A stretch of DNA of 64,000 nt, from positions 10,912,001 through 10,976,000 of the forward strand of contig CM120649.1 in assembly GCA_051362555.1 (NCBI GenBank), written 5' to 3'. This DNA is from Lingula anatina. Its lineage: Eukaryota > Animalia > Brachiopoda. Below, piece after piece: positions 52,613-64,000 of the stretch; the stretch's first letter is position 1; each line of letters opens with the position of its first letter. The notes under the pieces were generated by a model that did no database searches, was not told where the DNA came from, and saw only the letters and a program-made list of their open reading frames with translations. The translations under genes were made by a program, and so were the position numbers.

Positions 52613-53943
52613 CTGGAAGAAATATGTCCTTCCTGATTACAATTAAAGCAAACAATTGGCTTTGCATTTCTGTTCCGTGACTCACTCATTTTTTCCTCCA
52701 AATCACTTACCCGACGGCCGATTTTTTCCATGCCCGACACCAACAAATCTAATTTCCTATTCATTTCTAAGACAGATAAATTTTCATCTTTGTCTTCATA
52801 AACACAATTTTTCCGTTGAAAAATGTCATTTGGATCAGAGTGCTCTAAATCTGATTTGCGAGAAGCTAACATATCTACTTTTTTCATCAAGTCTACGGAA
52901 ACATCAGACTGAGGCTTACCTTGGTATGAGGAAGTTTCACGGGAGCCTGAAAATTCTAATTCTGCCACACGTGCACTTACCATCAATTCCTGAAAAGTTT
53001 CTCCGGAATGGTAATGATGCCTCAATGCATGCTTAACGTTGACTGAAAACAATCCAGAGAAAAATTTCGACCGTAAAATTCTATCACGTTTTTTTCCTTC
53101 CCTAACTTCTGGATCTACTCTACTAATTGTATCAAAATATGCTTCTAAACGAGAAGCCCAATTAACAACTTTCTCATTAGAGTATTGGGTTGCTGAGTAA
53201 AGCTTTTCCCATGCAACATCTACGGGTACCACGTCTCCAAAAATACTGTCAAATTTCTGCAATATTGTATTGACAGAAGCTCCTTCCCCGCAATGCATTA
53301 AAGCATCGGCTGCTGATCCTCGAACTGATTTACGGATTGCTTGTAAAATAATCGGTTCGGAAAAAACACGATCACCTAGTAATGCTATCACTTCAAACCT
53401 CCACTGATTATATGTGACTTCGCCCTTGCCGCTTTCTCCCGAAAACAAGGTAATTCTAGGAGGTCCAACAGAATGAATAGAAACATCAGTCTTTTCGGTG
53501 CATGAATACGGAAGATTCGAAATTTTATCTGAGACCGCGACTTCTCCGTCATCCTCGGAAGATATCGATCTGGGACCATGTAAACAAGCACTCGAATTTT
53601 TAGGTCGCGTACCCCTTTGCGAGGCCTTTGGAGCTTCCTGCGCTTTGGTTAATTCTTCGTCACCTGTAAACCCGAATAATCTCACCATAAACATCTCCTC
53701 TGTCGGCGCTGGAGACGATGCCTTAACTTTAGTACCTTTTATGTACAGTCTCGCGTCAGCATGGTCAATGAATTGTTCCGCGGAAATGCACTCTTTAAAT
53801 AACACTAAAGCAGCACATCTTCCCTGAAATGCAATGTGGTCATACTCAAAACCTTCTTTGTATAACATCCTTTCAATATCTTTCCTTGCACACTTCTTGT
53901 TTAACCCTTTCAACCACACAGTCCTTCCACACAGAGAAGCCAT
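52555..53943 (-). CDS. Gypsy gag (PNMA-like capsid) with N-terminal RRM-like domain and CCHC zinc knuckle
   Basis: 462-aa intact ORF. FSGE...YNQWRFEV...AIRKSVRGSAAD is a PNMA-type capsid signature; CFNCNQEGHISSRC is the knuckle; the N-terminal TVWLKGL...ALVLF..AEQFI pattern is RRM-like. Confidence 0.9.
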   Translation of the reverse strand: MASLCGRTVWLKGLNKKCARKDIERMLYKEGFEYDHIAFQGRCAALVLFKECISAEQFIDHADARLYIKGTKVKASSPAPTEEMFMVRLFGFTGDEELTKAQEAPKASQRGTRPKNSSACLHGPRSISSEDDGEVAVSDKISNLPYSCTEKTDVSIHSVGPPRITLFSGESGKGEVTYNQWRFEVIALLGDRVFSEPIILQAIRKSVRGSAADALMHCGEGASVNTILQKFDSIFGDVVPVDVAWEKLYSATQYSNEKVVNWASRLEAYFDTISRVDPEVREGKKRDRILRSKFFSGLFSVNVKHALRHHYHSGETFQELMVSARVAELEFSGSRETSSYQGKPQSDVSVDLMKKVDMLASRKSDLEHSDPNDIFQRKNCVYEDKDENLSVLEMNRKLDLLVSGMEKIGRRVSDLEEKMSESRNRNAKPIVCFNCNQEGHISSRCPLNAQGSSIPGPRPSTQ

Positions 53944-56152
53944 TATAACGTTATCTTTGAGATACTAATAATGGTATATATCAAAGGGTAAATCAAGTGA
54001 GTGCAAAATGCCTCGAGCAAGAAAAAATGAAATAGGATGAGGCCAGATATAACATAAAATTATGACAGTGATTGCAATGTAAAAAAAATTAATAGCTTAA
54101 AGCCCAAACTTCGAAAAATATGAAATATGACAAATGATAGATTGATAAATGATGAAGTTTAAACCGATAGATTGAATATCAAAATTAGAGAAAGAGTGAA
54201 AAATAATTTTAATCAAGTACGTAACACCCGACTTTCTGAAAATATGAGATATGATATGAGCACTATATGAGAAAAATGATAAAATGGAAAATGAAATAAG
54301 AAAACTAGTGAAGAAAAAAAAACAAAAAAAAAAAAACAGATGACTCTGATATTATTTTACGTGGTGAAAATATTTAACTCTTTAACCCCAATTATATTGA
54401 AACAATAAGAATTATAATCACTTTACTTACTGCAATTAATAAAAAATTAAATGAAGTTATTTGCAAAAATAGGTAAGTGATATTAATACTAAGATATTTT
54501 AATACTATAGAAATCCGAAAAAAAATTAATAATGATAATCTATAACTCAGTGATATCAGATGAAAATTAAATAAATAAATGAGCACAATATTTAATGTCT
54601 TTGTCTCTATTCCCCAATGCAACAAATATAGAAGTATAAGGTTTGGTGTTAGTTATGACATTCCAAAAACATACATGACACCACACACTTTAATTAATGT
54701 ACATGAACACCACAAACAATTGTTATGACAAGGGAATTTCACTAAAATGTGAAAACTAAACAAATTTACAAGTTCAAATTAAATTATCTACATACCTGTA
54801 CACCTAATCAAAATAAATATGATGACTGAATTTATTAAATAACACCAAAATTGATAAATGTCCCGAACATGTTACTATAATATGCGGTTTTATACGACAA
54901 ATGAGTATCCAAATTACTTCTATAACAAAGAAAACTTATGACACAGCAATGAAGTAATGTTTTTGTTAAAACACCAACTATATGACAAATACAGAGATGC
55001 GTTCTCAACCAATATACTTATAGATAACAAAGACAAATTAGTTTACAGCAACAACACAAATGGCTAAAGGTAATACTATAAGCAGGTAAACGTATAAACA
55101 AATGCCAGGAAACTGAATGAATTGCGTTTGAATTTGAAGAATTGATAGAAAACAAAATATCTACAAACACACAAACATAAATGTCAACACCAAATAAATA
55201 TGACTGATAGGATCGTTATTAATACATTTATTGTTTAATTCCACATAACTCATCAACAAACAGGACAATTGGCAAAAGTATTGCAATATATATGAACACT
55301 GATAACGTTCAGTTTTACATAATACCGACGTCACCTTGTCTTGTTATTTGTTATACATGCTACATATAAGCGGGGTGAGCACAAGCGCAACACGTGAACA
55401 ATGCACACAAAGAACTAAGACAGTCTAGTTAGAATGTTAGATTCTGTAAGCCTTTTTACTCACGTATATATTGTCCTGGGATATAAGGTTGGTGCCTCAA
55501 TTATCTAGACTGCTTCTCCGGTGCGAATTCCATAACATAGCGAATGGATTGTCCCATGTCGATCCAACATTTCATTTCTGAATCCATGAAAAAGTTATTA
55601 AATCAAAAAGTCTCATACAAAGGCTACCAATACTCCTGGATGATATTCGCTTCCACCAGATTCAAATCGTCTCTTCAAACAACGTATACTCATTTCCACC
55701 AGACACGGACATGTACAGCACACCGATCGCACAGTTTGTGTGTTGTTTTTCCAGACATTGTATAGTTAGGTCCTTGATGTTGTCTGAACGTCATATCCTC
55801 AACTGTATTACATGATTTACTGATCAGCGACCACTATATAAAATAGCGGCAGTAGGCTTAGATGGCGTAGGATGAGTGTGTAAAATGTGTAAAAAAACAC
55901 TGATATTATCCTCACAAATGATGAGTGGCTAGATCATGGCCAGCGTGGTTTGATTTCATGGTGTTCTGCATGAAAACATCACTCATTCGGGTGTAATGGC
56001 CTCACACATATCAGTTATAGTGGTAGCATCCATATAAGAGTAGACCTAACGTTTCTTGCGTTATGAACTAACAACTTCAATCGATACGCTCTGGCTCACG
56101 CTCTCTTAGGATGTGGATACACAAGGTTGAACATTAGTGAATTGGTTAGAAT

Positions 56153-56170
56153 ACCCTGCTCGCAGCGCCA
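56153..56170 (-). other. Primer-binding site, probably tRNA-Ser
   Basis: TGGCGCTGCGAGCAGGGT lies 2 nt inside the 5' LTR. It is complementary to a tRNA 3' end ACCCTGCTCGCAGCG-CCA, which resembles metazoan tRNA-Ser(UGA/CGA). Confidence 0.8.
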
Positions 56171-56172
56171 TA

Positions 56173-56585
56173 TGCAACGGTTCACAACAAAGTCTATTTC
56201 TCTTTGTTCTTATTTATTCCATACCATCTGTAAATATATAAAGAGCGATGAGCAAAGAACAATGTGCGATCATCATAATAATGTTATTAATAGCTATAAT
56301 CTTAATATATAATAAGTATAATAATAATAATGATAATATTCATAAAAGAATTAAACTATTGACCACGTACCTGTAAATATATAAAGAGCGATGAGCAAAG
56401 AACAATGACAGAAAAAGGGCGGCGACGATATTTATAAGCGACGAAAGGCGGGAAAGATGACCAATGGGAATGAGAGAGTAAGATGACGCCCACGTGACAA
56501 AACAAAAGACGAACACGAGTGAAGAAAATACATTCATACGGCTACATTCACCCCCCTTCTCAAAGAATACATTCATACGGCTACA
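56173..56585 (-). repeat. 5' LTR
   Basis: Direct repeat of 50781-51193, adjacent to the PBS. Confidence 0.95.
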
Positions 56586-56763
56586 TAAACCCAGAAGATG
56601 TTTTGCTCAAAAAAACAAATCAGTGCCTAAAGCGACTATAAAAATCTGGGAAAAAGACGTGACATGATGACGCCCATTATATCTGGGAAATAAACTGGGT
56701 ACAGCGCTATCGATTGAATCACCAATATTGGGTATAATAGCTTTACAAAGCATAAAATCTTAA

Positions 56764-57079
56764 AAAAGGATAACAACTGTTCGTTTTGGCCAAAAAATGA
56801 ATTTTTCTGGGGCAAACGACAATTTTCTTATCCTTCCCAATTGTTAATGAATCCATTTCTACAATCAAAGTTAGTCCTTGTTTTTTTTTTCTAATTTTTT
56901 TTTATGTAATAATTTCTTAAGAGATTACAGAGTTTAGTCATCTATGGAGGTCACGTGCACGGATTTCAGAATAATTGCTATAACTGCCGTTTTTGTGTTA
57001 AAATAGAATGTATTATATTTCTGAGTTGTTAGTCTGTTTATTGTGAAATATAGCTTTCATACGAAGAGTTGTTATCCCT
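56764..57079. mobile_element. TTAA-flanked MITE, copy 1 (more diverged)
   Basis: Ends (A)AAGGATAACAACTGTTCGT ... ACGAAGAGTTGTTATCCCT with TTAA on both sides; colinear with 62296-62632. Confidence 0.85.
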
Positions 57080-57311
57080 TTAATCTGAGCGTAAAATAAA
57101 GTAGAAAAATGTAAAGTATCGTTCAACAAAGCTAAAATGTTTCGTCACAATGAAAATAGAGTTACCGTTATTATTATGACGTCAAAAAACTCGTCACCCA
57201 GAAACGTAGTGTAGCAACCAAACAGTAAGTAACTGCCATTACGTTTGCTGTCACGAGATATTATTTCTCAATTATTTCAAAGTATTTCCCGTATTTTTTT
57301 ATCATATCGTT

Positions 57312-58110
57312 ATGAGTGACGTTGAACTTTCATTTGAACAACGCACGAGCAAGAAGAGAGGACGATTTTCTGAGTGCGATTTACAGTTTTGCAAGAAAAA
57401 GAACATCTCCGAAGAGGACACATATTTCGGAGACGGAATTATCTGTGATATCCCAACCGAAATTCTAGTTAAGATTGGGAGGAATCTGGATGCGCCTTCT
57501 CTGCTTCATTTTACCTCAACATGCAGGCGTTTTCGAGATTTAGGTCAAGATCCTTATATTTGGGAGCAAGTTATTCAGGTAAATATTATTTTGGCTTTTT
57601 AAAACCTGTTAAGTAGAGTTTAAAGATGTAGATCTAACTTAAGAACGCGCAGAGCGTCTACTGAAACGATAAAATTTATTTAGAATAAAATACAATTTTT
57701 CAAACCAATGAATTAAACAAAAATTGAAAAATTAGTTGTCGAGAAAGCACTCATAAAATTACAAACTTGTATCTAGGATGAAAAAATTTTTATAGGAAAA
57801 TTATGTCTAATATGCTCTTTTTTTTATTCAGCACACGCATGGTATTGCATTTTGCAAATACATAACCAGTGTGCCTTGGATTCCCATCACCTCCAAGGAG
57901 ATGTGCGTCCTCCTCCACAAAGTGAGCTGTATAAGAGAGCTCATAATGGACGGAGAGTATCAGAACTTCCTGAAGGAGGGTAGGGACATGATTACCTGCC
58001 TGTACGCATTCGAAAAGATGTCTCCATTCTGGCAGAGACAGCGCCCTCTCTTGACTGATGAAGTGACGAACGTGTTTGCCATGACTTTTCGGGAGCTCAG
58101 TGGTGAGTTT

Positions 58111-58161
<51 letters not shown>

Positions 58162-61100
58162 ACAGGCCAAAGACAAATAATGCTTAACTATTTTTAAAGT
58201 CGCATACCTAGCCCACCCCCGCATGCACGCTCACACACACTAACACTTCTTTCCGCATATGTGGCTGAAAAAAAAGCGTATTTCACATGTGCAAGTACCC
58301 CTGGCAAAAAAAGGCATTAATTCACCAGTTAGGTTCATTTGCATCACTCTACTGTTCATTTATGAAACAGAGCACACGTTCTAATCCTCATATGATAAAC
58401 TGCCTATTGCAATGCGAAGATTGTAAAATATATTGAACAAAGATTATAAATATATTTTAAAATATGGATTTTCTTCAGATATGATAGTTTTCGGTTGGTT
58501 ATTTTCAGATTACTTTTCTGAGCTGAAAGATAAGACAATGAGGTGGTCCGCCATAGTGGACATGAGGACAAAGCGGTTCCAAGACCCTGTAGTAGCTCAT
58601 GATTTCTTTGCTTACTATGTCCAGTGTCTCATCGAAAGTACGTAGTCATAGACGTTAAAATTTCTGATATTTTAAATAACCTTTGCATTCCTTAACACTG
58701 TGGATCTCCAGTTATTTGACCATTCACGTTAAAAAATCTTTCATGTTAAAAATCCTGTATTGTCAACGGATTCCTGAGTGCATCATCCGTTGATCAATAC
58801 TTTCTAGATAGCGCTTCTGCCTCGTCTATCTGCACTAAAAGTAGAGAAATGGAGAACGTATTTTTGACATGTCTTTTTGAAACGACCCTTGAGGCTAGCT
58901 TTAAATATAAATCAAACCACAAAACACAAAATCTACTTTTATCATGACGTTTATTTAATTTCTAATTTTTTTCCTGCAGATCGCGAAGACATAGAGGACC
59001 TGTACAACGCCTGTAACAAAGAAAAGGTGCTGAGAAAGATGGCCAGACTTCTTGAATGTCACAGAGCCACAAGTTCTCCCGTCTACCGTGCTCTTAGGGA
59101 CGCTCTGATGAGATGTAAGTGGTGATAGCTGTAGAAATAAAGCCACAGCCCCCTATTCCGTTCTTTCAGGTAGAAAAAGCAAAAATTCATATATTTTTAG
59201 CCAACGATCCCATTTGTTTTTAAATGTTGTGTTATTGTTAACAACGTGTTTGCAATGAATGGATGGATGGATGGATGGGAATGCATTCCAACATTATATA
59301 TACACTGTGTTCCTAAGGTGTCTGTTTCTGTGAGGCTTTCAGTAATGATAATAAGTTAATGAAAGTAGCGTATAACAGGTTGGAATAATACAAAAATTAG
59401 AACAAAAATTAGAACACATACAGTATGATTACATGCATGCGCCGTTAAGAACTACGTTTCTAAAAAGCGGGTTAAAACCCTATGCTTTATAGCTAGATTT
59501 CAATTCATGCGTAACATTTTGAAAACGTTCCTATTAATTTAAGCCACCAAGACTAGATCAAAGAACTTAATGAAGATAAAAGGTGATGTAAGCAACTCTT
59601 GTTATCCCCCTTTCTTTCAGCCGGAGATGAGCTCCGAGCGGACCATAGTTTCTCTGTAGCATTGCGTCACAAGCCTATAATGGAGGTCGTCCTGGACCAT
59701 GTATTTAATACGCACCCTTTCTTTATGGCTAACAGGGACGCAATTTGTGCGGGCGATTTTGGTAAGTGGGTCGCGCTCTGTATTATTTATTTATTTATTT
59801 TTTTTTGTTAAATGGGGTGGGGGATGGAAGAAGAGCAAACTTCTTTGCATTTTTTCCATAATGGAATCGTTTTCCAGACAGACTTGTTATGCTTTAATAT
59901 AAAGTGTCTGATAGGCCCCTATCTTATAAAAGGAATAAAGAATTAGTGTTTTTCCTGTATCTGAAATTAAATTAATATAGTTCATGCCTTACAAGCGATT
60001 CACCATAATCTCTAGGATAGGAATGAAATATTGCAGAATTTTTGGATAATGTCAAATGTTAACTATTTTTGTTCTTTCTTTAATTTCCAGATCTTGATCT
60101 TGTCGTCCAATATGGCAGCAACTGTGCTGACCTCTACCGTCTGTTTGACGAGGCCTATGAAAATTGGTACTTGACAAGCGGACGCAATCCTGCCTCCGTG
60201 TACTCTCACCGGGTAAAAGGAACTCGGTCCCACGAGGTCCAGGCATTGTTCACATCCCTCCTATGGGAACTGCATTATGATGCCTCAATTACTGCTTCAA
60301 GCGGACTCTGGAGCCTCGAAGTCGCCAAGGTCAAGGCCGAGGATTACTTCGAAAAGCTGTGGTGTTACAGAGACCCACAGGTGCTCCTAAGAGAAAAGAC
60401 CGTGGAGAGAATGATGCAGACCCACGGCTGTTATCCTGTTGAGGAGGAAATAAAAGAAACCACTGCATACAGGTAAACCCCACGGATGTACTGTGCTGCT
60501 GCGTCGTTTTTAATGGCACCTGAGACTTGTTCCGAATTTTGTATGTGCTTTCTCATTTTATTTTCTTGCCAAAAATGCATTTGGTTTATTTTTACCTATT
60601 TCAGTTCTCCTAAAATGGAGGCATTAGCAATGGATAATGGTTTCACCTCTTTAACTGTGTAACACGAAGAAATCTATATTGATCAGAAAGTACTTGGAAA
60701 ATGTACCACAAAAGGTCTATTTAGCACATCAAATTAATTGCCATTTTTATAAGAATATAGGTCTACGTAACTAAAGAGATATTATATTTCCAGTGCCTAT
60801 ATTTGGGAGGGGACTTTCTTTGACCCCAGCGCTTTACAGCGGCTGAAGACAGAAGTCTTACGTCGCCAGGGGTTGAAGGTCGCAATCCTTCAACAGAAAA
60901 CTCACAGATCTCAGAAGCAGCTGATTGAACTATCCATCTCAAGGGTATGTGGTGACTGATTCTGAAATAAAGTACAGTCTATAGATAATTTGCTGAATCT
61001 TTGAAAAGAGATCAAAGCAACGAATGTACATGTGAATGGATGTCGTTCAGCGTAAAATTCAATTGATTATTTGATTCCAAATGAAGCATTGTGCATAAAC

Positions 61101-61205
61101 GGTGGCTATACTAAATTTCATGTTTATTTTCAGGCGACCACGTTCACTGCCGATCCCACGTCTGCACTGTGTGGCACAGATTTGAACCGTCTTAGGGGAT
61201 CTTGA
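57312..61205 (+). CDS. F-box-only protein, ~515 aa, 8 exons, unrecognised C-terminal region
   Basis: Exons 57312-57578, 57832-58102, 58509-58637, 58980-59114, 59621-59761, 60091-60472, 60794-60944, 61134-61205 are GT-AG and join into a 1548-nt ORF. F-box motif ICDIPTEILVKIGRNLDAPSLLHFTSTCRRFRDLGQDPYIW; basic NLS-like KKRGR. Confidence 0.85.
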
Positions 61206-61773
61206 ATTTAGGCAAGGGAAGGCTTATGGAGAAAATTCAATACATTATTATATTGATTTGATCAGAATATATTGTAATGGATGGAAACAAGGCTGAAGGA
61301 TCGGTCTCACCAAGTATCAGACTTGCTGATGAAAACGAAAGTGAAAGTAGATCATGATCAAATTTGATGAAGAACAGATTTTTTTTATTTACAGTTATAA
61401 GTTATGGAGAATATGTCTTTTATATCACTGGACTCTTTGCGAGCGTTTCAGTGTCGTACTTTGAAAAGGAAGCTCATCTTGATTCCATTTATAATAATCG
61501 TGACGACTGAAATGTTCTGTGACAATTTTTGTACGCCACTGACACGATTTTGCTTTAGGTTTTACTCTGATGTGACAAAAATTTTTGCCACAGTTTTAAT
61601 CGTGTGTTATCGTAAACATAAACAAAAACTATAATGCTTGGTCGCATTTTTTTAGTATTATATATTGCATATTATTGGTTTAAGGGGTGGTTTTTGATAA
61701 CCATCACTATATTGGTGGTGGTTGGGGGTGGGTGGGTGGTGGTGATAATGTTCATAGTAGAATTATATACACA

Positions 61774-61805
<32 letters not shown>

Positions 61806-62295
61806 GTGAGAGAGAGTGTTAATAACTGTATAAATTAAAGGAATGCATATAATCAGATGTAATAAAATATTTTCCATTGTACTGTCTTAGAGCGTTTTTA
61901 TTTTACCGCCAACAACGTTAGCAACATATTTATATTTTTAATGGTATTTTGTGAATGATGAACGCATTCTGAAAAGTAATGTCTCAAAGCTGCATTTAAC
62001 CAAAAGAAAAGTTTTAAAAACGCGATAAAAAACTTTTAATAGATTTTCGTACCAGTATTCAACCCCTTGAAAGTGTGCATCAAACGCCACTTCAGTAACT
62101 TTACATTAAAGATGATGCATGGATTCCATTTATTAAGTGTATGTTTTTTTATTATTAAACAATGCTTTTATTTTACAGCCTTTATCATTATGATGCTGCC
62201 GGTCGATAAGCCATGTTCGAATATAAATATAAACAAAATAAATACGTTTTTCTTAAGGTTACATGACAAATTCAATTGTGCGCTTGAAACATTAA

Positions 62296-62632
62296 AGGGA
62301 TAATAACTCTTCGTTTTGGCCAAAAAATGAATTTTCCTGGAGTAAACAACAATTTTCCCATACATACCAATTGTTAATGAATCCATTTTTACATTCAAAG
62401 TTAGTCCCTGTTTTTTTTCTAAAAAGTTTGGTTTTTTGTTAAAATTTCTTAAGAGATTATAACAGAGTATAGCCATCAATGGAGGTCACGTGATCTGAAG
62501 ACAAGCTCAGATATCAGAATAATAGCTATAACTGCTGTTTTCGTCGTAAAACAGAATATATTATATTTCTATGAGTTATTCACAATGTTTTTATTGTGAA
62601 ATGTAGATTTCATACGAAGAGTTATTATCCCT
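62296..62632. mobile_element. TTAA-flanked MITE, copy 2
   Basis: Perfect 19-bp TIR AGGGATAATAACTCTTCGT / ACGAAGAGTTATTATCCCT; TTAA at 62292-62295 and 62633-62636. AG..CT termini plus TTAA fit Kolobok-type elements. Confidence 0.9.
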
Positions 62633-64000
62633 TTAACGATATACAGAGATCTGTGAACGTTTGAAAAAATGTCAGTAAAACTTCTTAATCGATACTTGCG
62701 TTACCTTCGCCGAGACGAAAGAATGCAGTAAAACCTGATATTACACTTCTTCAACCGGTCGAGTTGAGCCTATTAGGTGAATATTATACAATGGCATCTC
62801 CACAAAAGTGTTCCTTTTAAAATTTCACTGTATGATAAAACTTGACGTAACACTGCCAAAAACGGACTTTTAAGAGTGAAATGGTCATAATTTAGCTCTG
62901 AAAACCAGGGTCAATAAACTGTGAATTATTTCTAACTTATGAGTGTTTCCTTAATTATCATATGAACAACTCACAGAAATACAGAGCTTGATTAAATTCG
63001 ATACATACGTTACCTACATTTTAATCACTTCCAACTGCTGACAACATCTGATGAGCCAACATCTAATTCTTACTGTATATTACGTTACAATAAAAGAGAA
63101 AGGGGACAAAAAGTAGTCTTCAAATGGTGGGTTTATATGATACATACGTTACCGATACATACGTTATCAAATTGCATGCAGACTTGTTTTCATTGTTTGT
63201 TGTCCTGCGATGCTGAAATGCTTCGTCATTATGACGCCACAGATTATCGCAAAACGGAACGCAACTACACAAGGCTATTATTACGTCAGGAGGTAACGAT
63301 AGTTTCAAGATTTAGAATAATAAAAGAAATCAATCTCAGGGTTTCTTTTTCAAAATGATAATCATTTCACATCTATCGTAGCTGTGTGCACAACACAGCT
63401 ACGAATACATCAAACGGAGAGCACCTGGAGAAGAAGGTAAATTAATCGGTTGCAAAAGAAAAAAAATTGATTGTTTTTTTTCAAATTTTTTGTTGTTGTT
63501 GATAATGACGTTGTCTATTGAATCAATTATCTATTGAATCGATTTACACCGGGGGTGGCGGCTGTTGAAGGAGGGTCCGAGTAATTCATGCAATGGCTGA
63601 ATTCTGTCCTCTTTTGTTAATGGTTGAAATTCTCTGCTGAAATACAAACTGTCTATATAAACATTGTTTTCTAATATCTGATCATTAACTGAAAAATCTC
63701 TATGTACATCTGTATCGAAAATTGTTGACAACAGTTAGTGATATTGTTTTCTGTCGCATTATTTGGAAACTAAGAACTACACACACTGGAAAATAGAAGT
63801 GTCACCCCTACTGAACCAATACTTTGGGGGAGATAAATGACTGTGGAATGATATGCTCCTGGTATCATTTCATTAACATCAAATTTCACAAAAAGACCAA
63901 CAATACAATTCCATGGTACAGCGGTTTTATACTCATTAGTCACATTATAAGAAGACCAGGCATTATAACTTTGATTGCTCTGTTTCAGGGGGTGACACTT

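Larger units (their letters stand above)
50781..56585 (-). mobile_element. Ty3/Gypsy LTR retrotransposon, recent, internally deleted (non-autonomous)
   Basis: 413-bp LTRs at 50781-51193 and 56173-56585 with TG...CA ends and one mismatch seen. 4-bp TSD TAAA (50777-50780, 56586-56589). PBS, PPT, gag and truncated pol present. Confidence 0.96.

Noticed and set aside
56153-56170. tRNA gene
   Set aside because: Only the 18-nt 3' end including CCA is present, which marks a retroelement PBS rather than a tRNA gene.

Overview
AT-rich, intron-rich animal genomic DNA (invertebrate-like; species cannot be determined from the sequence alone). From left to right the window contains: about 14 kb of non-coding DNA with microsatellites and a probable TATA/Inr promoter plus non-coding first exon of a minus-strand gene running off the left edge; a CD225/dispanin-family membrane protein gene (-) head-to-head with COPS6 (+, 10 coding exons); an apparently intact DIRS1-type tyrosine-recombinase retrotransposon (ITRs, ICR, gag, RT/RNaseH/MT, YR) in the last COPS6 intron; a C6orf163-like coiled-coil gene (-) head-to-head with TPP2 (+, 29 coding exons); a very young Ty3/Gypsy LTR element with intact gag and protease but an in-frame deletion of RT/RNaseH/most of integrase; and an 8-exon F-box gene bracketed by two copies of one TTAA-flanked MITE. 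The most striking signals are (1) a 9x102-bp array in TPP2 in which every unit has its own acceptor, a 48-nt in-frame exon copy and a new GT donor; (2) a candidate intron in the DIRS element that would splice the ATG-less recombinase ORF in frame onto the ORF2 N-terminus; and (3) several mechanistic footprints of the Gypsy element (-1 frameshift cassette, PPT duplicated into both LTRs, in-frame PR-IN fusion). Exon coordinates were read by eye and need RNA-seq confirmation.
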